The translations under genes and the position numbers were made by a program. Of a DNA stretch of 8,594 nucleotides, positions 1-5,944 are shown one piece after another. Position 1 is the first letter of the stretch. Each line of letters opens with the position of its first letter. Below the pieces are notes generated by a model that was not told the DNA's origin, searched no databases, and saw only the letters and a list, made by a program, of their open reading frames with translations. Source of the DNA: Breznakia blatticola (lineage in GTDB: Bacteria; Bacillota_I; Bacilli_A; Erysipelotrichales; Erysipelotrichaceae); the NCBI RefSeq assembly GCF_004365815.1, contig NZ_SODD01000066.1:1-8594 (forward strand). The letters run 5' to 3'.

Positions 1-16
1 CCTTATTTCCAGAACA

Positions 17-37
17 CTTCTTATCTTAGATTAGAAG
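17..37. promoter_or_regulatory. Imperfect 21-bp palindrome CTTCTTATCT-T-AGATTAGAAG (9/10 arm matches); candidate operator for a dimeric HTH protein
   Basis: Read directly: arms 17-26 and 28-37 are reverse complements except one position (22/32). With only one central unpaired base it suits a DNA-binding site better than an RNA hairpin. No T-tract follows. It lies about 60 nt upstream of the membrane-protein/XRE operon. Confidence 0.3.
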
Positions 38-50
38 AACAATACAATCA

Positions 51-81
51 AGTTGGAAAAGCCAACTGATTACACTACATA
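51..81 (+). promoter_or_regulatory. Candidate sigma-A-type promoter (TTGGAA 53-58, 17-nt spacer, TACATA 76-81) overlapped by inverted repeat AGTTGG-n5-CCAACT (51-67)
   Basis: Hexamers and spacing read from sequence. The -10 is weak (3/6 to TATAAT). A 6-bp perfect inverted repeat spans the -35. The location is right for driving the CDS that starts at 101. Confidence 0.25.
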
Positions 82-100
82 TTATACGAGGAGAAGTCTT

Positions 101-442
101 ATGAAACGAGAAGATATACTGTCAAAAGCACAAAAGTCAAAAGACGACGAATATCAAAACTATATTGAAGGTGCTGCTATCAAACGTATCGTATTTATTG
201 GCGTATTAGGAATCTATATTGCATGTAGTCTAGTAGAACTAATTACTGGGGATAAGTTTATGATCACTTTTAGGGAGTATCGTGTATCACTTTCTATAGT
301 ATGGGCATTTTTTGCGGTTATATTCTTTACCTTTTACTATGGATATTTTTACATCCATTTAAAAACCAAACGATATTTATACTATTGTATATTTGGTATC
401 ATGATTCTTCTTATCGGGACTTTACGTTGGGTATTATTCTAA
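101..442 (+). CDS. Small integral membrane protein (113 aa, about 3 TM segments, charged N-terminal cytoplasmic head); resembles the small membrane partners (DUF6442-like) found next to short XRE regulators
   Basis: The ORF track gives 53..442 with a TTG start. An in-frame ATG at 101 sits behind GAGGAG (88-93), so I prefer it. Three hydrophobic stretches are present (IVFIGVLGIYIACSLVELI, VSLSIVWAFFAVIFFTFYYGYFYI, YLYYCIFGIMILLIGTLRWVLF). The stop TAA overlaps the next gene's ATG by 1 nt. The family name comes from memory of the N-terminal 'K-E-(D/E)-I-L-x-K-(A/S)' pattern and is not verified. Confidence 0.6.
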   Translation: MKREDILSKAQKSKDDEYQNYIEGAAIKRIVFIGVLGIYIACSLVELITGDKFMITFREYRVSLSIVWAFFAVIFFTFYYGYFYIHLKTKRYLYYCIFGIMILLIGTLRWVLF

Positions 443-648
443 TGGAAGAATTACAACTACAAAACCGTTTAAGTCAGAAACGAAGTGAATTAAAACTATC
501 CCAACAAGCATTAGCTGATTTAGTTGGAGTTTCACGAAATACAATCAGTTCTATTGAAACATTACAATATACACCAAGTGCAAAACTTGCATTACTTATT
601 GCCATTGCTTTACATTGTACATTTGAAGATATATTTTATTTTGAATAG
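442..648 (+). CDS. XRE-family helix-turn-helix transcriptional regulator, 68 aa (short YozG-like class)
   Basis: The sequence MEELQLQNRLSQKRSELKLSQQALADLVGVSRNTISSIETLQYTPSAKLALLIAIALHCTFEDIFYFE carries the canonical HTH_3 core (LSQxxLAxxxGVSRxTISxIE...P) and the family-typical (E/D)-(D/E)-I-F-x-F-E C-terminus. The ORF track's 301 start would overlap the upstream gene out of frame. The ATG at 442 forms a TAATG junction with no strong SD of its own, which implies translational coupling. Confidence 0.85.
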   Translation: MEELQLQNRLSQKRSELKLSQQALADLVGVSRNTISSIETLQYTPSAKLALLIAIALHCTFEDIFYFE

Positions 649-653
649 CATAT

Positions 654-680
654 AAAAACTCAGCCGAAGCTGAGTTTTTT
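654..680. terminator. Bidirectional rho-independent terminator shared by convergent XRE (+) and azoreductase (-) genes
   Basis: AAAAA(654-658) CTCAGC(659-664) CGAA loop GCTGAG(669-674) TTTTTT(675-680). It is a perfect 6-bp GC-rich stem flanked by an A-run and a T-run, so it reads as a terminator on both strands. The T-run overlaps the azoreductase stop codon (679-681). Confidence 0.7.
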
Positions 681-1272
681 AGAATGATTTTGCGGATTTC
701 TTTGCTTGTTCTACTGATGTATGAATTGCATCAGTTAATGCATCACCAAGAAGAACGTTTGTGTTTTCACATGCAATCGTTTCGATATCTTTAATATCCA
801 TGAAACCTAACACCGTTCTTAGATAACGTTCACCCATTTCAATATCTGCCATTTGTGGAGTTGTATAATCACCACCACGTGCGACTAAGTATACAGCTTT
901 CTTGTTATCTAATAATCCAACAGGTCCGGTTACTGTGTATTTAAACGAAATACCAACAAACATTACATAATCGATATATGCTTTTAGAATTGCTGGAATT
1001 GATAAGTTCCATAATGGTGCTGCAATGATGTATTTGTCAGCTTCTGCAAATTGCTTTGCACGCTCACGAATATCAAAATCTTTCCCACCAAACATATTTC
1101 CTAAGTCTTCCTCACTTAGAAAACGAATGTCTTCGTTATATAAATCAATCGTAGTGATTTCATCCTCTGGATGTTCTTTTTTATACGTATCAACAAATGC
1201 CTCAGACATTTGGAACGTCACAGATTGATCTACTGGTTTTGGGTTTGCTTTAATGTATAGTACTTTTGCCAT
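679..1272 (-). CDS. azoR: FMN-dependent NADH-azoreductase / NAD(P)H quinone oxidoreductase (AzoR/AcpD family), 197 aa
   Basis: Full-length family look: N-terminal MAKVLYIKANPKP...S.T, a central AD(K)YIIAAPLWN(L)SIP(A)ILKAYID motif, and a flavodoxin-like fold pattern. RBS AAAGGAG lies 7 nt before the ATG at 1272. Confidence 0.9.
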   Translation of the reverse strand: MAKVLYIKANPKPVDQSVTFQMSEAFVDTYKKEHPEDEITTIDLYNEDIRFLSEEDLGNMFGGKDFDIRERAKQFAEADKYIIAAPLWNLSIPAILKAYIDYVMFVGISFKYTVTGPVGLLDNKKAVYLVARGGDYTTPQMADIEMGERYLRTVLGFMDIKDIETIACENTNVLLGDALTDAIHTSVEQAKKSAKSF

Positions 1273-1378
1273 TTTATATCTCCTTTTCCTTATAATAATA
1301 TAAGTATTCCTATACTATATTCTTATCATAGAATCAGAAAAGAAGCACACAAAGTGCTCATTAAAAGCTAGCAATACT

Positions 1379-1403
1379 AAAAAGGACAACCCGAAGGTCA
1401 TCC
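1379..1403 (-). terminator. Rho-independent terminator downstream of the TDT transporter gene
   Basis: On the - strand: GGATGACC (1403-1396), UUCG tetraloop (1395-1392), GGTTGTCC (1391-1384; 6 Watson-Crick plus 2 G-U pairs), then TTTTT (1383-1379). It begins 8 nt after the TAA stop at 1411-1413. Confidence 0.65.
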
Positions 1404-1410
1404 AATGTAT

Positions 1411-2367
1411 TTATTCTGAACGTAAAGCATCTTTTTGTCTTGATGCTTTGGCATATGGTCTAGCTGTATCGATAAATAGATATTTTACATAGCGTATAAT
1501 TACATACCCAACAATGATAATAGCCCATACCATTTCAACTTTCGATAATATAGAAAGAAAGTCATTTTGTAAAAGGTCGGCAGTTTTTCCACAAGCAACT
1601 GCACTAATAACAAATGGGAAGGTCATTGCTGCATATGAAGGGAAAAATTGTAGTCTTAACAATTTTGGCATTTGTAGCATAATAAATCCCCACATAAATG
1701 TCGCTAATACGATAAGAAAATATACAATCCATGTTTGTGGATTACTTTCACATGATAAGTACCCAGCTAATGTAAGTGATGCTGGAGCTGCATAAATACA
1801 TATTAATGGTTTTTCTCCATCAATGGTTACTGCATATTTGATATAACGATATGTTATATATGGAAGTAACATTACATACGTGATAAATCCAAACCAGAAA
1901 ATAGTAACTCCAAAACTTTGCATCTCGAAAGCTGGTGCTGTAACACTCGCTACAACAATTCCAACAATTGGTACGAAGTAAGTAGCAAACACTTTATCCC
2001 ATACGGGTTTTATCACAAAACGTAACGTAAAATAGATCATTAACATAAAGTGTAAGATAATTGCGAATATCCAAATATATCGTGCTACTTCTCCAATAAA
2101 TGGTTTAAAGTATGTGCACATAACCATCAACCCCATCGTAAAGGTTGTTGATACACTGGCAATGATTGGATTGGCTAGATCTTCTTTGATCATCTTTGGA
2201 TACAAGATGAACTTAATCAAACATAATACCAATAAAAATCCTGCAATGATTCCACAGATGGTATGATAGATTTCATTATATGGTTGTAGCAAATTTCCTA
2301 ATGAGGATGTTGCTAGCATAACTCCAGCTAAAGGAACTGGAATTTTTTGAATAATTGATTTTAACAT
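1411..2367 (-). CDS. TDT (tellurite-resistance/dicarboxylate transporter; TehA/Mae1/SLAC1-like) family membrane transporter, 318 aa, about 10 TM
   Basis: Highly hydrophobic polytopic protein. The N-terminus (IPVPLAGVMLATSSLGNLL) and overall length are typical of PF03595-type proteins. I moved the start from 2394 to the ATG at 2367, which has AAGGAG 6 nt upstream. The longer form would begin inside the putative -10 box. Confidence 0.85.
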   Translation of the reverse strand: MLKSIIQKIPVPLAGVMLATSSLGNLLQPYNEIYHTICGIIAGFLLVLCLIKFILYPKMIKEDLANPIIASVSTTFTMGLMVMCTYFKPFIGEVARYIWIFAIILHFMLMIYFTLRFVIKPVWDKVFATYFVPIVGIVVASVTAPAFEMQSFGVTIFWFGFITYVMLLPYITYRYIKYAVTIDGEKPLICIYAAPASLTLAGYLSCESNPQTWIVYFLIVLATFMWGFIMLQMPKLLRLQFFPSYAAMTFPFVISAVACGKTADLLQNDFLSILSKVEMVWAIIIVGYVIIRYVKYLFIDTARPYAKASRQKDALRSE

Positions 2368-2392
2368 GACTTCTCCTTCACATAATAAAAGC

Positions 2393-2401
2393 ATGATACC
2401 A
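2393..2401 (-). promoter_or_regulatory. Candidate extended -10 promoter element (TGgTATCAT) for the transporter gene
   Basis: On the - strand, T(2401)G(2400)g TATCAT(2398-2393) lies about 25 nt upstream of the ATG at 2367. No convincing -35 is present. No clear terminator separates this gene from the upstream 79-aa ORF, so read-through transcription is also possible. Confidence 0.3.
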
Positions 2402-2463
2402 CAGCACCATACTTTTTAAAAATAATAATTTCTAATAGCTAGATAAGTTTACATAATAGCTTT

Positions 2464-2703
2464 CTACACTACTTTCAACAATAATGCTCCAGGTTTCACT
2501 GGTTCTACTTGCATAAAGTAGTCCTTTAAATATGCATTGATTATTGCATAGAGTTCATTTACATCATGTGCTTCTCCATCTTGTTTGAGTTCTACAAATT
2601 CTGCTCCACAAGCACCAACACTATGTAACGAATATGCAATTCCTTTTTCTTTTAGTAATTGATTGATTTCAAATATTTTATTAACATCCACAATCTTTGC
2701 CAT
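2464..2703 (-). CDS. 79-aa protein of unknown function (predicted alpha/beta; central GACG motif, possibly the 'RDAC' small-protein family)
   Basis: The ATG at 2703 follows AGGAG with 7-nt spacing. The ORF is intact with non-random amphipathic helix patterns (NKIFEINQLLKEKG, VNELYAIINAYLKDY). The start lies 23 nt inside the 3' end of the HD gene in another frame. The family guess rests on memory of an 'xHLRDACG' motif aligning with 'SLHSVGACG' and is unverified. Confidence 0.6.
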   Translation of the reverse strand: MAKIVDVNKIFEINQLLKEKGIAYSLHSVGACGAEFVELKQDGEAHDVNELYAIINAYLKDYFMQVEPVKPGALLLKVV

Positions 2704-3922
2704 ATGTTTCTCCTAAATCTGGAAAGTACACTTTACTTTCCTTTTTTACATCTCCTTCAACTAAGGATTTTACAATTACACTTCTTTGACTTAATTCTGC
2801 AACTTCACCACTTTCAGTAAGTACCCAAATATTCGAACCACTTTCTTTTGCATATGGTGAATATGGGGATTGCGACATCGTATCCATGTAACAATAATAA
2901 TTTGGATCATATCCTGCAAGTCGAACCCTTGCTTCCATTTGTTTATATTCATCATCATTCATGATTGTTTCATATTCAAACAAGCGACGGTTGAGTAAAC
3001 GTCTTGCAAGATCTGCAATCACTTCATCATCTGATTTTGTCAGTCTAGCAATTCCATAAAATGCTGCATTTTCATCTAAATCAAAATGATCACAAATACT
3101 TGGATGATCTCCTAAAAAAGGAACAAACATTTGTAGTTCTTCAACCATAGGATCTCCATTTTCATATAAATAACGCATACGTTTAAATAAACTACTCAAT
3201 ACAATTTCATACGAACGACATACCGGATGATAATATACTTGCCAGTACATGTGGTATCTTGCCATAATGTAGTTTTCTACACTATGAATTCCACTTTCTT
3301 TCACAACAAGTTTATCGTCTTTTACTCGAATGGTTCTTAGAATTCTTTCTAGATCAAAAGCACCATAACTCGTTCCTGTAAAATATGCATCACGTAGTAG
3401 ATAATCCATACGATCTGCATCCAGTTGCCCAGAAACAATTTGATTAAGTATTGGGTTTTTATGTTGATAGCGAATCACACTTGCAACTTCTAGAACTAGT
3501 TCTTCATCATAAGAACATAGAATACGATTGACATCACTATTGCCTACGATAATATCATACGAAAAACGCTCATGTGGAATCGGACAAATATGTTCAAAAG
3601 CATGCGAGAACGGTAAATGTCCAACATCATGCAACAATGCTGCAATCATTACGACTACTTTTTCTCTTTCGGTTAATTTCATTTGTAAGTCGTGTACTTC
3701 ATGTACCATTCGTCTTACGATTTCATAGACACCAAGCGAATGTGAAAAGCGTGAATGTTCTGCATTATGATATACTTGAAAATCACCACCAAGTTGGCGA
3801 ATCCTACGCAGTCTTTGGAATTCTTTACTATCAATTAATTCCCAGATGATTTGTAAGTCTACATGAATGTATCCATGGATTACATCACGTAGAACCTTTG
3901 TCTCTCTTGTTTTTTCTAGCAT
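2681..3922 (-). CDS. HD-domain metal-dependent phosphohydrolase, YwfO / EF1143 / SAMHD1-like putative dNTP triphosphohydrolase (COG1078 type), 413 aa
   Basis: All signature blocks are present: VIHGYIHV...EFQRLRRIRQLG, AEHSRFSHSLGVYEI (His), LLHDVGHLPFSHAFE (HD), and QLDADRMDYLLRDAYFTG (Asp). I moved the start from 3967 to the ATG at 3922 (MLEKTRETKVLRD...), which follows an AGAGGG RBS. The extra 15 codons lack any SD. Confidence 0.9.
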   Translation of the reverse strand: MLEKTRETKVLRDVIHGYIHVDLQIIWELIDSKEFQRLRRIRQLGGDFQVYHNAEHSRFSHSLGVYEIVRRMVHEVHDLQMKLTEREKVVVMIAALLHDVGHLPFSHAFEHICPIPHERFSYDIIVGNSDVNRILCSYDEELVLEVASVIRYQHKNPILNQIVSGQLDADRMDYLLRDAYFTGTSYGAFDLERILRTIRVKDDKLVVKESGIHSVENYIMARYHMYWQVYYHPVCRSYEIVLSSLFKRMRYLYENGDPMVEELQMFVPFLGDHPSICDHFDLDENAAFYGIARLTKSDDEVIADLARRLLNRRLFEYETIMNDDEYKQMEARVRLAGYDPNYYCYMDTMSQSPYSPYAKESGSNIWVLTESGEVAELSQRSVIVKSLVEGDVKKESKVYFPDLGETYGKDCGC

Positions 3923-3944
3923 ATGAAACCCTCTTCTTACTAAG

Positions 3945-3953
3945 AGTATATCA
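3945..3953 (-). promoter_or_regulatory. Candidate extended -10 (TGaTATACT) for the HD-domain gene
   Basis: On the - strand, TGa (3953-3951) plus TATACT (3950-3945) lie about 22 nt upstream of the ATG at 3922. No good -35 is present. It sits in the 87-nt divergent intergenic region. Confidence 0.3.
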
Positions 3954-3970
3954 CGGAATGAAAACATTTG

Positions 3971-3979
3971 TGGTATGAT
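3971..3979 (+). promoter_or_regulatory. Candidate extended -10 (TGgTATGAT) for the oxidoreductase gene
   Basis: TGg (3971-3973) plus TATGAT (3974-3979) lie about 30 nt upstream of the ATG at 4010. GGAG (3997-4000) is the RBS. The -35 is poor. Confidence 0.35.
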
Positions 3980-4009
3980 GATAGTATCAAAATGAAGGAG
4001 CTATGAACT

Positions 4010-5026
4010 ATGAAAATCGGAACCATTGGTAGAGGGGCAATTGTTGACCGCTTTATTAAAGCAATCTCTATGACAGATCATGTCGAACTTGTTGCTGTAT
4101 ACTCTCGAAAACTTGATGATGCAAAAGCATACGCAGCACAACATCAAGTAGATGCATACTATGATTCAATTGATGCAATGTTAGCAGATGAAACTGTAGA
4201 TACTGTATATGTAGCAAGTCCAAACTCACTGCATTACGAACAAAGTCTTCAAGCATTACACGCAAAAAAGAATGTTATTTGCGAGAAACCATTCACAAGT
4301 ACACTTGCAGAAACAGAACACTTAATCGCAGTCGCAAAAGCAAATAATGTATTCTTATTTGAAGCAATTACAACCATTCACTTACCAAATTATGAGGTGG
4401 TAAGAAATCAGTTACCAAATCTTGGGAATATGAAAATGGCGACATTAAACTTCTCACAATATTCATCACGTTATGATAAATATAAAGATCAAATTGTTAC
4501 TAACGCATTTGATCCTAACTTCTCAGGTGGAGCCCTAATGGATATTAACATTTATAATATTCATTTTGTAATGGGATTATTTGGAAAACCAGAAAGTTAT
4601 ACATACTATCCAAATATCGGATTCAATGGAATCGATACAAGTGGTACATTAATCATGCGCTATGATACGTTTACAGTAAACTGTATTGGATGTAAGGACT
4701 GTAGTAGTGATTACTTTACCTTACTACAAGGAGACAATGGCAGCGTCAAAGTTAGCGGAGGAAGTACAGGTGTATGTCCAATTGTTGAAAAGGTTCCTTT
4801 AAAAGGTGATCAAATCGATGTAGCTAATGCACAAGACAATCCAAACTGCATTGGTGTAAATCAACACTTCCATATGGCTTATGAGGTAGATAACTTCCAA
4901 AAAATCATTGAAGCAAATGATTTTGAAGCTTGCTATAAACTATTAGATCATACACGTGATGTCATGGATGTCGTATATCATGCACGACTTGCTGCAGGAA
5001 TTACATTCCCTGTTGATAAAGACTAG
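4010..5026 (+). CDS. Gfo/Idh/MocA-family NAD(P)-dependent oxidoreductase, 338 aa
   Basis: N-terminal Rossmann motif MKIGTIGRGAIV, the family-defining EKPF block (VICEKPF), and a conserved (A)FDP(N)FSGGALMD(I)(N)IY segment in the C-terminal domain. GGAG lies 9 nt upstream of the ATG. The substrate cannot be inferred. Confidence 0.9.
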   Translation: MKIGTIGRGAIVDRFIKAISMTDHVELVAVYSRKLDDAKAYAAQHQVDAYYDSIDAMLADETVDTVYVASPNSLHYEQSLQALHAKKNVICEKPFTSTLAETEHLIAVAKANNVFLFEAITTIHLPNYEVVRNQLPNLGNMKMATLNFSQYSSRYDKYKDQIVTNAFDPNFSGGALMDINIYNIHFVMGLFGKPESYTYYPNIGFNGIDTSGTLIMRYDTFTVNCIGCKDCSSDYFTLLQGDNGSVKVSGGSTGVCPIVEKVPLKGDQIDVANAQDNPNCIGVNQHFHMAYEVDNFQKIIEANDFEACYKLLDHTRDVMDVVYHARLAAGITFPVDKD

Positions 5027-5061
5027 AAAAAAAGCATTTGCAAATTACGCAAATGCTTTTT
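5027..5061. terminator. Bidirectional rho-independent terminator shared by convergent oxidoreductase (+) and lipoprotein (-) genes
   Basis: AAAAAAA(5027-5033) GCATTTGC(5034-5041), loop AAATTAC, GCAAATGC(5049-5056), TTTTT(5057-5061). It starts immediately after the oxidoreductase TAG (5024-5026). The lipoprotein's last codons (K-A-F-A) form one arm, and its TAA (5045-5047) sits in the loop. Confidence 0.7.
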
Positions 5062-5944
5062 CATTTTCTTCTAAGTAATATGTTGGCATTTCAAATGAAG
5101 TATCATCGCTTTCTTCATTTTGATTTGTACTTTCACTTACTTTTAATTCTGGGATTGTGAAGTCGTCTACTTTGTCATAGTCATAACAAGTAATTGTAAA
5201 TGAAGCATCTTTTACTTCAACTTCTAACCCTTCCGTGTTCTCACCAAATCCTTCTGTTAATGATTCTTTCATTGCAGCTTTCATATCTACACTAACAGAT
5301 GCCAAGCGGTTATCCTTTTTGTAGAATTGATAAGTTACTGGGAATGTTTTTCCCTCGTAATCTTCCACGCTAACAAGTTCTTCTGTAGCACCTAAAACAT
5401 CCATCATTTTGGCCAATGTTTTGTATTCGATACGTCCTGCAACTTGGTATGTCTCTTGTTTTTTGACTTTACCATCATTTAACGTACGAAGTACATCCAT
5501 TTTCTTTAATGTCTTAAATTCATCTTTACTAAGCGTTGCATCTGGCAATCCTGTAACTTTTGATGTCACCCAAGTATCACTTGAACCATCATTACTTGCA
5601 ATCACAAATGCGTCATCTTGTTTATAGGTGTATGTTTCTAGTTCTACTTTTTGACTTTGTCCCATATAACTAATATCGATTGTGCCATTTGCATGTGCTT
5701 TTTCTTGATCTACCAATACATCATTAGTCATATCAACCTTTATTGCCATTTCCACGGTTTGTTCCTGATAGGTTGCCTTTACATCCATGGTGTAATTCAC
5801 ATCCATTTTATATGAAGTTGGTGTTTTTGCAGTTGCAGCTAAATCTAATGCTTCTACTGCTTTTTCTTCTGAACTTACTCCGCAACCAGTTAACATCACC
5901 ATACTTAGTGTTGCAACAGTTGCGATTTTTTTAAGTTTTCTCAT
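5045..5944 (-). CDS. Secreted lipoprotein of unknown function, 299 aa, strongly acidic (possibly LolA/LprG-like or DUF6612-like fold; unverified)
   Basis: Classic Sec/SPII signal: MRKLKKIATVATLSMVMLTG-C with lipobox L-T-G-C. The mature part is rich in D/E/K/T with beta-strand-like alternation and has an acidic tail (ESTNQNEESDDTSFE). RBS GAGGA lies 6 nt upstream. The ATG overlaps the GNAT stop (ATGA, 5941-5944). Confidence 0.8.
   Translation of the reverse strand: MRKLKKIATVATLSMVMLTGCGVSSEEKAVEALDLAATAKTPTSYKMDVNYTMDVKATYQEQTVEMAIKVDMTNDVLVDQEKAHANGTIDISYMGQSQKVELETYTYKQDDAFVIASNDGSSDTWVTSKVTGLPDATLSKDEFKTLKKMDVLRTLNDGKVKKQETYQVAGRIEYKTLAKMMDVLGATEELVSVEDYEGKTFPVTYQFYKKDNRLASVSVDMKAAMKESLTEGFGENTEGLEVEVKDASFTITCYDYDKVDDFTIPELKVSESTNQNEESDDTSFEMPTYYLEENEKAFA

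Noticed and set aside
101-648. Membrane protein plus XRE as a toxin-antitoxin or abortive-infection module, or a prophage remnant
   Set aside because: No integrase, recombinase, phage structural gene, att-like repeat or compositional break is nearby. The pair matches a common chromosomal regulator and membrane-partner architecture. A TA role cannot be supported from sequence alone.
2395-2463. Weak hairpin AGCTA-n15-TAGCT after the 79-aa ORF as a terminator
   Set aside because: It has only a 5-bp AT-containing stem with a 15-nt loop and no U-tract, so it is not convincing. The 79-aa ORF and the transporter may be co-transcribed, or transcription may simply decay here.
2681-3922. HD-domain protein as a dedicated anti-phage dNTPase defence gene
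   Set aside because: The sequence matches the housekeeping YwfO/EF1143 clade block for block. It sits among metabolic genes with no other defence or mobile genes nearby, so nothing here distinguishes it from the core enzyme.
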